Positions 38,014 through 50,979 of a stretch of DNA of 64,000 bases are shown here, piece by piece (the stretch's first letter is position 1; every line of letters begins with the position of its first letter). The notes beneath the pieces were generated by a model, which did not search any database, had not been told where the DNA came from, and saw only the letters and a list, made by a program, of their open reading frames with translations. The position numbers were made by a program, and so were the translations under genes. Source of the stretch: Utricularia gibba (lineage: Eukaryota; Plantae; Magnoliophyta); the NCBI GenBank assembly GCA_002189035.1, contig NEEC01000023.1:682001-746000 (forward strand). The letters are read 5' to 3'.

Positions 38014-38650
38014 TTAGTGATGATTAACCACCTTGCAATCCAATCTTCCATTGATGCTGGTCATCTTGATCATAGACTCAAAAAATGTCTGAAAGCTTTA
38101 CTGTTCTGATGCTCAATATTACATCACCAAGGCTGTTTGTTTGTGAGCTCGACAGGGGAGTTTGGTGTGACTTTAAAATTATCTTCCGCTGAATAAGCTG
38201 ATTGAAGTAATCATTGTCAAGTTCTGTCGGTTTCAAATCTAGAAATGCGCCCGCATTCTTCTTCTGTTGTGCATTGGACAAGAACCCGTTAGACCGGCTG
38301 CAAATGATGGCTCCAGCGTGTGAACCTGTGATGAGTTGTTGAAGTTGTGCATCCTGTTTTGGAATGATAAGCAGTGGGAGAATCCTAGAGTGTGTGCCCG
38401 CCTACACACCGCAACTATTAGAATTCACATGTGAATGTGTGTTTATCTTTGTAATGTTACCATACCCAAGAGAGCCAGGGAAAGGCCTCTCTGGGAGAGG
38501 CTCTGCCGCATCGTGCTATGTTGAAAATGGGAATCAGAAGGATTATGGTTTCATCAGCTTTTGAAACTCTACCATCTTTTCTCTCCAAAGGCACTTGCCA
38601 TTTTCACTAGCGCTTCTCAGGATGCACTTTCATGACTGCTGCATCACCTG
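38014..38650 (-). pseudogene. Class III peroxidase pseudogene, PER64-like, with deletions, frameshifts and an inverted fragment
   Basis: Minus strand: WQVPLERKDGRVSKADET..MRQSLSQRGLS, LG|SHAG, KKNAGAFLD..LDNDYFNQLIQRK, SMIKMTSING..CKVVN. Plus strand 38610-38645: ALLRMHFHDCCI. Confidence 0.85.
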
Positions 38651-39291
38651 TAAGCGAGTAAGTGGGGTTGGACATTCAGTACAGGACCGTGAGCAATCGA
38701 AATCAACCACCCTGCTTGGTTAAGAAAACCTATTAAATGCAATGTATGCCCTCGAGTTATCATTGAAGTGAGTGTATTGTGATATTCAAGGAACATATGT
38801 ATAATTGAAGTTGGTGGATGGAGCAACATTGGTGAGATTCATCACTTTCACTTTCGGATGTATATCCAGGGCACTGGAACAAGGAGCAGAACGCAGAAAG
38901 GTTTCATCTTTTTTCTCAAAGCAAAGTGTAGAAGAAAGGTTTCAACTCTTCGAGCTTTGTACAAACAAACAGTGGAAGAGAAAGTACCGCAGCAACCACA
39001 GTTTTGAAGTGGTGGGGGTCCTTTTCATTGATTGCAGAATACGAGTTAGATAAATGAATGCACACTCTCGTAACTTGTCATTAATGCTATAGCAGCAGCA
39101 GCAGCATTGATCATGACTCATATCAGCTCGTTTCTTGCCATCAATGATCTCGTTAGTCTGGTGTGGTTTCGGATGGAAAAAATTCAATAAAAGGGATTGC
39201 TTTCTTCACCATTTCCTCGCAGATCATTCTCCATCATCCCCAGAGCAAAAAAAATACGTCTTTGGTTTCCCAGTAGAAGATATGAGATGAT

Positions 39292-39394
39292 CACTATGAT
39301 GTTGGCTCGGCTCACTCAAGGATCTTCAGCCTGTGTACTAATGCTTAGTAGACTCCTGTGTGGTGTTTGATTGAGCCGCGCCAATATCTCAGTG
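39292..39394 (+). ncRNA. MIR171: MIR171 precursor hairpin; mature miR171 TGATTGAGCCGCGCCAATATC at 39368-39388, star at ~39298-39318
   Basis: Exact match to the canonical miR171a-3p sequence. The 5' arm GATGTTGGCTCGGCTCACTCA pairs with it, and CACT/AGTG closes the stem. Confidence 0.96.
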
Positions 39395-40630
39395 TCAACT
39401 CTCATTTCCTCCACAACACTCGCACATCCCAGGCAAGAAACCTCTTGACTTCCTTCTTCTCCTTTTGTTCGACAGGAAGCCATACATACAGTCATGAGAT
39501 ACACCATTCTTTCGATGATACAGATCCCTGTGATTCATGGGTTTTCATGGAGTCTATTGCAGAAAAAGATGCAGTCAGACCAGGAGGCTAGCAGAATCAA
39601 ATCCAACACAGTTCCACTCGCTGAGGTGCTTTCGACTGCAATTGAATCAGCAATTCTCTGCAAATGTTGGCATCAAAGTTGAAGCTCGTGCACCTCAATC
39701 CATGCATCAGACACTACTGCGTAGTAATTATGACATGGAGGAGGATGGTCGAAGAGCAATAATTTACAAAGGCACTTGTACAAACATCACTCATGGAGGC
39801 AGCTGACGTGATGACCTTCATTGAATGTTTCCTCTCTCAGACAAAGATTCCCACCCATTCATTTCCTGTCCCATCTCTTCTTCCTCCTTTTTCAATAAAC
39901 TATCAGCTTTCATTCCCGAAAGGTTCGAATCTTTAAGCAGACAGAAATGTTGCCAATGCTCTGCCGTACTTGAAAAAATGGAACTGCTTTGAAATACAAA
40001 AGGAAAAACACTGGTACCAACACAAGACTCAAAACCTTGAAATGGACCTCCAAAATTGGTATTCCCAAATAACAAAATGGAGCACACCGATAGTATTTAA
40101 CTGAGACGGAATCAATTTTGCCATATATTGAAATAACAAGACAATTAAATATAATAGTAATTAATTATTTAAATAGTAAAAAATATATTAAATAGAAAAT
40201 ATTGAGTACTAATTTTGTTTAATATGACAAAATTTAAGAATTAAACATATCTTATACGTCAAACAGCGGAAATCAATCGGATGTAAAAGTAAAATGTTGT
40301 AATTGGGCTTTATCACTAGTGAGCTTGAAAAGGCCCATCGGCCTTTTCTCAAGGAACAAAAATCGTATTGGGCCTAAATATTTAAATGCTCTAATAACGT
40401 TAGCAATAACTGCAGTGTCCTGCGTTCCCCCCCTCCCCTTAAGTCTCCCTTCTTGGTAATTGCATTGCGAGATTCTAGTCAACTGCACATTCTTGTTACA
40501 AAGAGAAGAGAATATTGGAATTCTGCATTTTGTGATTGTTTATGAGTTTCTGTAAGTTTTCTGGGCGGTGGAGGTGACGATCACGATGATAACAAGATCG
40601 AATTTGGCGGAGCAACTAAGAGAATATCAA

Positions 40631-41768
40631 ATGCGATCCAAGAATGAATGGGCCTCCATTTCCTTTCTGTATTCCAATTTCAGCCCCACGACTTCTAGGT
40701 AACGATTTCGGATTCTGATAACTCAACATTTTGTAGATGCATGTTCATAGTTTTGTATTCCCGGAGAGTTACGTTCGTTGACTCAACATATTTTAGATGC
40801 ATGTTCATAGTTTTTGTATTCCAATTAATCTCGTGGGGGGCTTTGTTCAATTTGGGGTAGTGATTTTACATGCATGCGTCAAACCCATTTTCTAGGATTC
40901 CATTTTTCTGTACCGAGTGTTTGTGAATCAGGTGATCATTGACTTTTCATTTGCTTCAATGGTAAATTCCTGTTATGAAAACGTAGGTGCATTGACTTGT
41001 AGCTTCCCTCATCTGCAGCTATAACATCTTTTTTATCTGATGTCTAGAAAGCCTGCCAATGAAATGATCCGTAATTACTCTGAGGCTCTAACTATTTCGT
41101 TTGATTCACATGAGTTTTCTGTGGGCGGTCAATTTTGAATCACAATCCTGGTTCTGCAATCTTCTCATTGAATGTTATCACTAAATATGTATTCTACCTT
41201 TACTTCTAGATTGCTTTGCAAGTCGCAACATATTCCAATTGTTGCAGTGCTTGTTAAAAGGGGAACTCTTTATCCTATCACTCAAAAGTTTTTGCGGTCG
41301 GTTGGTTGTTCATTAGGAACCGACTATGATCACTAAAAACATGCATTGTTTCCCTTCTGGACTGCTTTGTAAGTGGCAACACATTCGTTCATGGTTTACA
41401 GGGTTGATGTTGCAGTGTCTGTTACATGGGAAACTTTCATCCTATTGCTCAAAAGTTTTCAGTGTTGCTCTTTTAGGCGTTGACTATCAGCATTAAACAT
41501 GCATTGCTTCCCTCCTGGATTGCTTTGTAAGTGGCAACATACTCGTTTTCTGGTTTGCAGGGTTGATATTGCAGTGTATGTTATATGGGAACTCGTCATC
41601 CTATCCCTCGTCGTCTTCGCTGCGGTTTCATTGTACTTCAGGCATCTGAGGCTCGCCATGTTTCTGCTATGCGCCGCAGTGGTACTGCTTGTGTGCATGA
41701 AGGTGCTGAAGCAAGTGATGCTCGCTAGGAAGAAGAAACGAAGAATGCTTCTTCCACTGTCCATGTAA
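40631..41768 (+). CDS. Small conserved transmembrane protein, 2 exons (40631-40698, 41561-41768)
   Basis: MRSKNEWASISFLYSNFSPTTS-RVDIAVYVIWELVILSLVVFAAVSLYF...RKKKRRMLLPLSM*, with two hydrophobic helices. Confidence 0.8.
40721..40822. repeat. Intronic ~40-bp direct repeat (ACTCAACAT..TAGATGCATGTTCATAGTTTTGTATTCC) x2
   Basis: Two near-identical copies visible ~61 bp apart. Confidence 0.75.
41180..41610. repeat. Three degenerate tandem copies (~151-158 bp period) of the intron end and exon-2 start
   Basis: TGCTTTG(C/T)AAGT(C/G)GCAACA at ~41212, ~41363 and ~41521, each followed by TTGCAGTG...ATCCTAT. Confidence 0.85.
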
Positions 41769-42081
41769 CAAATTAAGCCTCTGAATTTGTATATTATGAG
41801 TTTCTTCTTTGTAGGAGTCCCCATTTCTTCCCACTGAATGATTCAGACATCAAATGATAATGTAGTTATTACAGGGATGATTTGTTCTGGTCTGTGCCGG
41901 CCCAGTCAGCCATTTTTTTCTTGTCTGTTACGAGTACGGGCTTACGGGTCGGCCCATGTAGTTAAAAAGGTCAGTCCATTTCGAAAAGCATTCAACTGAA
42001 GTCCGATCAATAGGAAGGGCACTCCGAATTCCCAAATCGCCCTAACCAGTGAGCTCGTTCCATTGAAAATTCGTTCAGAAA

Positions 42082-42844
42082 ATGGGAGGACACGGCGATG
42101 GCGTTACTTACAAAGGCATGACTTTGCATCGGCCGAAGCGCTGGCATACGGTGACTGGAAAAGGACTATGCGCCGTCATGTGGTAATGATTTGGATAAAC
42201 ATGGGTCATTATGCTTCTTGGTTGATTTTTTTTAATCTGCAAGGATGAGATCTCTCAAGGTGGGAATAATTTCTTTTTCTGGGATCTTTGTTTTTGTCAG
42301 CAAGATGTTGAAAGCGATTTGCGAATAGTACAAATGCATTTTATGTCCTGTCGTACTTCCTGACTGAATGTTCGGTGTTATCAGTCTCTTTGGTTTTGTC
42401 AACGAGATATTAGAACCCAATTTATATCTTTATGTTTTTATTTTGGGATCATGGGTGTATGCAATCCTTCATCGTATTATTGTGGCTTGGATGATGAATC
42501 TTGGAGATACTAATTCAGTTGGAAATGATGGCGAGCTTGTATATGCATTGCTAGCAAAACTAAACTGCAATATGTGCTGTCGCTGGTCAAAGCCATTCGG
42601 TTATATACATTGTTACGGTTAAGTTATGTGCACATTTTATATGGCCTGTTGCCTAACCTGCGATTTTTTTAATTACCAGGTTTTGGATTCTGTATAGAGC
42701 CAAGCAAGATGGTCCTGTGCTGCTGGTACGCTATGATGCTTCTTACCTGCTTCCGGAATCAACATTTTTTCACATCTTTGTAACTTTATTTCATTCTTTT
42801 AGGGTTGGAGGCATCCTTGGGAAGGCCACGATGATCACCATTAG
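42082..42844 (+). CDS. NDUFB2: Mitochondrial complex I subunit NDUFB2 (plant AGGG subunit), 3 exons
   Basis: MGGHGDGVTYKGMTLHRPKRWHTVTGKGLCAVMW|FWILYRAKQDGPVLL|GWRHPWEGHDDHH*. Confidence 0.93.
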
Positions 42845-43459
42845 GTAAAACCATGCCCTTTTCTCGACTTACATGAATCTCCGCTGTCTGTATATAAATC
42901 CTTCATCTTTTTTCTTCAGGCCAGATGCTACCCGAAACATGTATGTTGGCCGAGCCTAAATGGAGGGAGAAACCCTTCTCTTCATCTTTCTCATTCTGGA
43001 CTTGTATTCTTATGCATAATAAAGCTAGTTGAGGTCATCCTTTTTCTCTCCAGTGACCGTGTACTGGTTTCTCCTCGTTGTCTGATACGATATGAATGTA
43101 TGATCATGTGTTACATATCCATTACCCTATAGTTCAGCAAACCTGTTTTTCCAAAATATTGGTTCCAAACCGAACCGGATCCTGGTTTCAGCAGTCGAAC
43201 CGACGTTTATGAGTCCCTTGTTGCCTTCCGGAGGGATTAGCGGGGGAGCCCTTAAACGGAACTATATCACATAACTCCTCCTCTGTTCAGGATCAGAGCT
43301 GCAACCTGAAAGTACAGCGTTTGATTGGTGTGTGAAATTGGGTGGGTGAGTTAGGAGGTGCAATTACTAAAAAGCCCCCACGTGGAGAAATATTACCCAA
43401 TCGGGGATTTTCCTTGTTCATCTTCACCTTTTTTTTTTTGTCAGTACTGAAATCGCACG

Positions 43460-45064
43460 ATGCGCCATCGCCGTCGAGCTTCTGGAGTTACAATTACGTT
43501 ATGCGTTCTTCTGGGCGCTACCCTTTGCTCCTTCCTCAACGCTTTTCCGATCACCAAGCCGCGGCGCGCTGGTGAATTTCGCCCTTCCCTCTTCTCACAA
43601 GGTGCGACCCCAAATGGGGGATCTGTGTCTTCGGCTCCAGCGCCTCCTCCATCCATAGCGTACCTTATTTCAGGATCCGTTAACGACTCGGGTCGAATTT
43701 TTAGGCTTCTTCACTCCATCTACCATCCCAAAAATCAATATTTGCTCCATTTGGATCGTTCTGCTTCCCAGACAGATAGGGAGTCTTTGGCAATCGCTGT
43801 CCAGTCGGTGCCGCTTTTCTGGGCTGTGCAGAATGTCCACGTCGTTGGAAACGCGGATAATGTCTTAGCCGGTGGACCTTCTGCGCTTTCGTCAACGCTC
43901 CACGGGGCATCTCTGTTGCTTCATGTGTCGTCTACTTGGGATTGGTTCATCAACCTCTCCGCTGATTTCTACCCGCTTGTTACTCAAGACGGTAAGCTTG
44001 CTTCTGTAACTGCCAAGTTCTATTTACATACAGACATGTGTCCGCCTGTCGTTTCATTTGACTTCTTTCCCTGTCTCTTGGAGAGCTTTAAACTTCGATG
44101 CAAACGTTTTTGGATTGGTGCCACGCATTTTCAGGAAAATTCATCATCATAGTCTGCTAGAAAAGGGATTAATACACTATAAATCTGCTCTTTAACTTGG
44201 CTTCATCATCTTCCTGTTTCCAGATCTTCTGCACATTCTGTCATATTTACCGAAAGATCTGAATTTTGTTAAGCATTCAAGTTATGTTGGCTGGAGAGAG
44301 TAAGGTTTCTCTGTTCCTTCTGTTTAGAATGGATACCGTGTAGTGCTTGAACTCCTTGTGCCATGATCTTTGCAGATCTCGGAAACTGAAAACAATAATA
44401 GTTGATCCAGCCCTTCATCGTGCAGAGAAGAGCTACACATTCTTTGCAACTGAGAAACGGCCGCTCCCAGATGCTTTTCGCTTGTTCATGGGTCAGTTTT
44501 TAATGACACTCCTCCCAATCCAGCACAGCTTAAACTGATAAACTCTCATAATTTTCTCGTACAGGTTCACCGATGGGGATCCTGAGTCGAAAGTTCATCG
44601 AATATTGTATTATGGGCACAGAGAACTTTCCAAGAACCCTGCTTATGTATCTATCCAACACAGCTTCCTCATCATCTGTCTTCTTCCCCACCGTTCTCTG
44701 CAACTCCCACAGATTCAATCGCACGACCGTCGACCACAGCCTGTATTACACATTATTCGACTCCAAGAAGCAGCCTAACCCACTAAATTCCACCATGTTT
44801 GATGATATCGTGTTGAGTGGAGCAGCTTTCGCTTCACCATTTGCTGCAGACGACCCTGTTCTTGATCTCATTGATAAAGAATTACTGCACAGGCATTCAG
44901 GGAAACCAGTGCCTGGAGGATGGTGTTTGGGTGAATCTGGTGAAAGGGAATGCGACATTTGGGGCGACTCGGAGGTGCTGATGCCGGGCCCCGGAGCTAA
45001 AAGGCTTGAGAGAAGTCTCATCGAAGTTGTATCCAGCCAAGCGGCTCAATGCTCTGACCGATGA
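43460..45064 (+). CDS. GT14 / core-2/I-branching beta-glucuronosyltransferase (GlcAT14-like), 4 exons
   Basis: N-terminal TM helix, IAYLISGS, YHPKNQYLLHLD, WDWFINLSADFYPLVTQD|DLLH, GKPVPGGWCLG and PGPGAKRL motifs. Confidence 0.92.
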
Positions 45065-45366
45065 AAGCAGCATCCTCATAGCTGTGAATTCTGATAATCC
45101 CACATCGTTTTTTTTTTTACCCCTTCTCAAGAATGTTGTCGTCATTGAATGGAGGTCCCAAATGGGCCTTGATCATTATTTGGGCCCCATTCCTCTTTGG
45201 GCCCAACAGCGACCTTTATTAAATTGGGCATTCGCAAGGTTGTGTGTATATATAATGCTTCCGTCTCCAGGCAGCGTTTCATTGGTTTTCTTTCTGATTT
45301 TGAACCGGAACAGCGATTTTGTTCTTCGGATCATATAGAAAACTATCGAATTTTGCTGTATAAAAC

Positions 45367-47962
45367 ATGAAGCGAAGTTATCAAGATTCATCATCTTCAG
45401 GTTCTTTGGAGCCTCCTCATTCCAAGTTCAAGCACAATCCAGAAGGTATTGAGAAACGTACCGTTGCTTTCCTGGTGATCTTGATGTAATCGGCGTGCTT
45501 TTCGATTTGGGTATTGCTGTAGGTCATCAAATGTTGCCTCATGGACTTCAATTTAACTGGTTTATACGAAATTCGTGAAATTTGTTGATGTCTACGTGTG
45601 TGCTTACTTTGTCTTTGCTGGTGGAGTTGGCTTTTACCTCAAAACATGTACCGAAAGTTGAGATATTTTCTGCTCTGGATATAGGGGATGATGAGAATAC
45701 TAAGATAATTGCAAGGAGAGTTGCTGATCACTACAGCGCGAGGACGAACCAGACTCTTGAAGAAAGAGAAGCAAGTCCAATTATTCACTTGAAAAAGCTC
45801 AATAACTGGGTATTTTCTTCTTACTAAACATTTTTCTAATCCCAGTGTTGTTACTACTATTTTATTTCCAGCCCCTCGCTTATCTATTGTTGCATCCACC
45901 TTGACAGATAAAAAGTGTCTTGATTCAGCTTTATGCTAAGAGCGGTGATGCCGTTGTTGATCTTGCTTGCGGAAAGGTACAATAATTATCAACATTTTGC
46001 ACTAGCGTACCGAGGCTATATTCCTCCAATGGAGACCTGGCATGTTTTCTTTTCCAGGGTGGTGATCTTATAAAATGGGACAAAGCAAGGATTGCGTATT
46101 ATGTTGGCATAGATATAGCTGAAGGCTCGGTAAGAGGCAGAGTCTTGAGGCCTTTTGCATCCTTATGGAGTTAAAGACATGCTATATTTTTTTCATATTT
46201 GTGGCATCAGATAGAAGACTGCCGGACACGATACAATGGGGATGCTGACCATAACCAGCGACGGAAGAAGTTTTCCTTCCCAGCCCGGCTTATCTGTGGA
46301 GATTGCTATGAGGTTAATGCCAACTCTGGCTCATTAAGCATTCTGACCAATATGACACTCCGGAAAAAAAAAATGACTTGTTGGTTGCAGGCCAGGCTGG
46401 ATAAAATATTGGCAGAAGATGGTCCTTTTGACATTTGTAGTTGCCAGGTGGGTTATGCTTGTGCATTTTGTGGTACAGCATTTCCTTTTTGTGTTTTTAG
46501 CAGTGATGGGGCCCTTCATTTGTGTGTGGGTGTTCTCCTCTTTAAAGCAGACTTCCAACTTACAATGAGGATATGAGCATGTGCTTTCCATTTCAAAGTA
46601 GTAAAATTGTGATATTATTTTGATTTTCTACGTTTTTTAAATTGTAACCTTAGCGTCTGTAAAATCTGCAGTTTGCCATGCACTACTCATGGTCTACAGA
46701 GGCACGTGCCAGGCGTGCTTTGGCCAATGTATCATCCTTACTTCGGCCAGGAGGCTACTTCATAGGAACAATGCCTGATGCCAATGTTATTGTCAAAAAA
46801 CTCAGAGAAGGTTCTTGCCTGTCCAAAGCTGTTTGTGCATGGCCTTCTTATTTGGATGAGATTGACGTCTACCTTATAAACTGGTTATTTATAGATTAAC
46901 ATCCTACTTTTAAATAGTTAGTTCTGGATTTGAACTGCTTGTTCTCATGACATTTCTGGCTCACAATTGCAGCTCAAGGGCTGGAATTTGGAAATAGTGT
47001 ATACTGGATACGATTTGATGAAGAATACGAGAAAAAGGTGATTATTCACACGGAACTTCTTGCAAAAAAAGATGGGTTACTTCACTTGTCCTAGTGTTAA
47101 GATTTTCTATATGCAGAAATTCAAATCTTCAACTCCTTTTGGCATCAAATACAAGTTCCACTTGGAGGTATGCAAGGGAATTTATCAAGCTGCTACAAGC
47201 AAGCACCTTAGCCGTAGCCTATCACTCCTTGGGGTTTTATCTAGAAAATTCTGATTGTTAAACCTGCAGGATGCTGTTGACTGTCCTGAGTGGATTGTAC
47301 CATTTAACGTTTTCAAGGCATTGGCGGAAGAGGTTTTCGCTAGTCATTATTCATTTATATTGATATCATCTGCGTTTCACACACGTGACAATCACCTACT
47401 GTATCCAGATTTGATGAAAAATGTATCCCAAGCTGAATGTTGGTATTTGAACTTGCAGTATGATCTGGAGTTGGTTTTTGTGAAAAACTCGCATGAATTT
47501 GTGGATGAGTTTTTGAAAAAACCAGAATTCGTTGAGCTCATGAGAAGGCTTGGCGCCCTGGGGGATGGCAAAGATGACCGCAGTAAGTTCTGCTTGCTCG
47601 GAGGAGCTAGTTTTTGATGTTTCAGTAGAGATTCTATGCTCATAACCCGTCTCAGGTACGCTTATCGCCTGATGAATGGGATGCTGTCTACTTATATTTG
47701 GCCTTCGTCTTGAGAAAGGTATCCATCTTTTTTCCACCTCTTGGGCAGAAGTCCCAGCCATGGGATTTTTCCTCAGACGCTTGCATGCTTTCTTGGTACA
47801 CATTTGGAGGATCATGGTATTGCTGTTCTTGCGTTCTTAGAGGAGTGTATGTTTTCGCAGCGAGGAAAACCAGAGCAAGGCCAGGGCGGTGGCAAGCGGA
47901 TCAGAGGGAAAATGCAGCTGTTGTCAAAGGAGGACATCATGTACCTTGATGCGAAACCCTGA
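45367..47962 (+). CDS. RNMT: mRNA cap guanine-N7 methyltransferase, multi-exon; one extra base near 47662
   Basis: [79 protein letters not shown] motifs. Confidence 0.95.
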
Positions 47963-48368
47963 AATCCCATAATTCAGTTGTGGACCTGCGACTCCGATGG
48001 TGGAGAACAAACCCATCCTACCGGTGTTTGTTCCCGGAAAAATTTCAAGGGAACATCATCCACACCGCGTTGAGGCAAACCATAGAATACACTGATGCAA
48101 CCGGCAATCTAAACCCATTGAAGCGAAGCGTGTTGTATTCTGCACCCCAGTGGCGAATCCAACTCAAATTTAAACTTCAAAGCTTGCTTTTCCTTGGAAA
48201 TGCCTTTGGTTTATTTTTTGAAGTTCGACCGCAGCAGTTCAAAATAGCAGCAGATATTCACAAGGTGTTGGAAGAAAGAAATCGTACAAACCAGAGTCAC
48301 ACATGATTTACAAAAAACAAAAAGAAAAGGAAAGAACACGTCCCACCATGTAGAGAGGAAGCACAGCT

Positions 48369-49601
48369 TCAAAAAGCCCGCTTCAGAACAATCACTGATA
48401 CCACGATGACAGCGAGACCAAATATCTTCATCGCTTCATCATAAACTGGTGAGCTCTCACGAGCATTCGGGGAGGCCTTATCGCTTGCTTTTCCTCCAAA
48501 GAAGTTCTTGAAGTAGTCAGAGAATGTGCTCATCATGCCAACCACAGCATTCCTGATCTTTTGCAACAAATCTTCGTTGGTCGTGGTTGTACTTTCGTGA
48601 GGCTGGGATGGATGATCCTTGAAAGTTGTCCCCGCTGGCTGTTTCGGTGAGGCTACACCAGATATTGAATCTGTTTCTAGACTCACACCAAGGGTGGAGA
48701 GACCTTCAATGGAGAATGACATCGATGAAATCGAAAACCTACTGTGAGATAAGATGGAACTCCATTTTTGAACGAGTCCTTACAGGCTCCCTGTGACTCC
48801 AGATATCCCCGAAACTCGTGGTTTTGTAACACCGCATTCCACACATTTGGATCAGAGGCAACTGAAGCAACAACACTCTACCAAAAGCAGGTTAGACAAA
48901 ATGCCACTATCTAATATCATGAATGACAATTAACAAAGGACAGTCAACAGACTCAAGCAGATGATTTCAAACTTTAACAACTAAATGCAATGCACCAACC
49001 GAAGTGGGGAAACAGGGCAAATACCTTGGCCTTGGGGCTTTCACTAAGAAATCTGAATGCCGTAACAGCTGGCGCAGGTAACGCAATCAACGGGTTCTCC
49101 AGATGCTGCGTATTGGAAAGGGACAGGCTAGAATAGCTCTTATTTACCACAGAGTCACTACCTTCAGATACCGACGAATGATATGCCCTGAAAGTTAAGC
49201 GCATTGTGATATATGGTTTGTTGAGTATACACAAATCAGAGCTTTGAGATTCTACTGAAAACAAATCCGGAGATCGATCAGTAAATACCTCTCGAGAGCA
49301 GCAGAAAGTTCAGAAGTGGCCTCCTCCGCTTCTTGGCGAGACGGGACACCGCCGAATACAATTCTGGGAATCGGACCCGCCAAAACCTCTTCCTCGCCAG
49401 CAAAGACCCAATCTTCCATCTCGGAACCCGACCCATCAACAGAGTTGGAAGCCACGAGCCTAACATCCTCCGTCGTAGACGCCGCGGGCGAAGCGATACC
49501 GACCGTCGCACCGCCGATGACAGTGGATGATGATCCGCCGCGAACCCACGGAGACCACCGCCGGCAACCTTCGCCGCGGCCCTCATCACTCCACCGCCCA
49601 T
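48369..49601 (-). CDS. Uncharacterised conserved plant protein (At4g25170-like from memory); frameshift near 49493
   Basis: MGGGVMRAAAKVAG, EDWVFAG, PRIVFGGVPSRQEAEEATSEL, VASVASDPNVWNAVLQN and C-terminal TM GLAVIVVSVIVLKRA. Confidence 0.8.
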
Positions 49602-50979
49602 GATTACCACGATCCGGTAAGCCGCGGATAAAGAAATGGTGGCTTATCCATCCAATCCCCCTCGGGAAGCCTACCCAAAAAAAAAAGATATCATTTACGA
49701 ACAAATGGGCCTGAAGCAATACATACAGCCCAGATATACCCGTTGCTACAATTGGGCCGCCCTTCAACAGCCCAAACGGATCCGGCTTCAATGCCACGTG
49801 TCCGAATGTTTATCTATTCCCTTACCATGACATCACCCTTCCATCATCATTCCGTTCCCTAATTCCTCATGCCATCCATCTATTACGTCACACGTTTGAG
49901 AGTGAATTATGTGGTAATTTTTATTTTTTTAAAAAAAACCAAAAAGACAGCAAAAGAGGGATTTTCCTACTGCTAGTGAATCATTTGTGTTTGTCTCGAT
50001 TACGTTACGGTCCGTTTGCTCTAGGGCTTGGCTTGGACGCGCGCGCGTGTGGATGGTGGAACATGTGGGGCCCACCACCCGCACGCGCACCTCCACGGGC
50101 CCCACCTGTTGACCTGATTTTGGGTGGCGACGACACCGCCGTCGTCCGGTCCTGGGCGGCGCGCCACACCGCCCCTTCCCGCCGCTCCTCCTCCGATTTC
50201 ACATGGGAAGGAAGTGGTGATTCGGTAGAGATAGAATTGATGCAACGTAATGAAATATCCTGAGAAAAACGAGATATATATTTATATATCGAGTTTCCTT
50301 TGGTGGTGGCAGCTGAATTGACCCCGGGAATCTTTCCCGACCGGGAAAAGCTAAAATCCCCATCTGCTGATGCAGCGTGTGCTTCATCTACGCATAGTTG
50401 CGTCTCCGAATGCTCGCCTCTGCTGCCCTCCACCCAAGCAGCTACACATATTCATATGATATGGGACGAAGGTGCTGCTGCGCCAGATGCCCCACCCACA
50501 TACGGCATCTTCCTCCTGTCAACGGGGTGGGGTGCTGGGAACAGCGCGCCCACTTTGCCGTAGCCTCACAACGCGCACCAGGCCAGGGGTTCATGTAGTT
50601 TGACTTTGGAGTTCAGGGTCCAACAGGAAGCAGTTGATTTGGTAATAATAATACCCCGTGCTGTGATCCATCCGATGGGTTACCGATGAGATGCCACTGC
50701 CGTGGAGAAGAAAACGGAAAAGAGTATATATAGGGTAAGAAAAGTCAAACGAGGAATTTCTCGATATAAATAATAATAATAAAATAATAATAGATTTTTG
50801 AGGGGGGTGTCGTTTGCTGCCGTTGTAGTATAAATTGTGGTGAAAATGAAGTGGACAGGGCGTGGTAAAGGGAGGAAAAGAGGAACAGGCTTGAAGCTGA
50901 AGCATCTGCCATTTTTTTCTTTTATTTTTTTATTTATTTATTTTTCGAATCAAACAAGCGGAGGAAGAAGGGAGACGCG

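Noticed and set aside
42244-42259. 16-nt AG/GT-flanked micro-exon in NDUFB2 intron 1
   Set aside because: It would frameshift the protein, the upstream intron would be only ~61 nt, and such pairs are frequent by chance.
50470-50545. GC-rich hairpin (CCAGATGCCCCACCC...GGGGTGGGGTGCTGG) as a novel MIR gene
   Set aside because: The stem is only ~15 bp with a large loop and matches no miRNA family I know.
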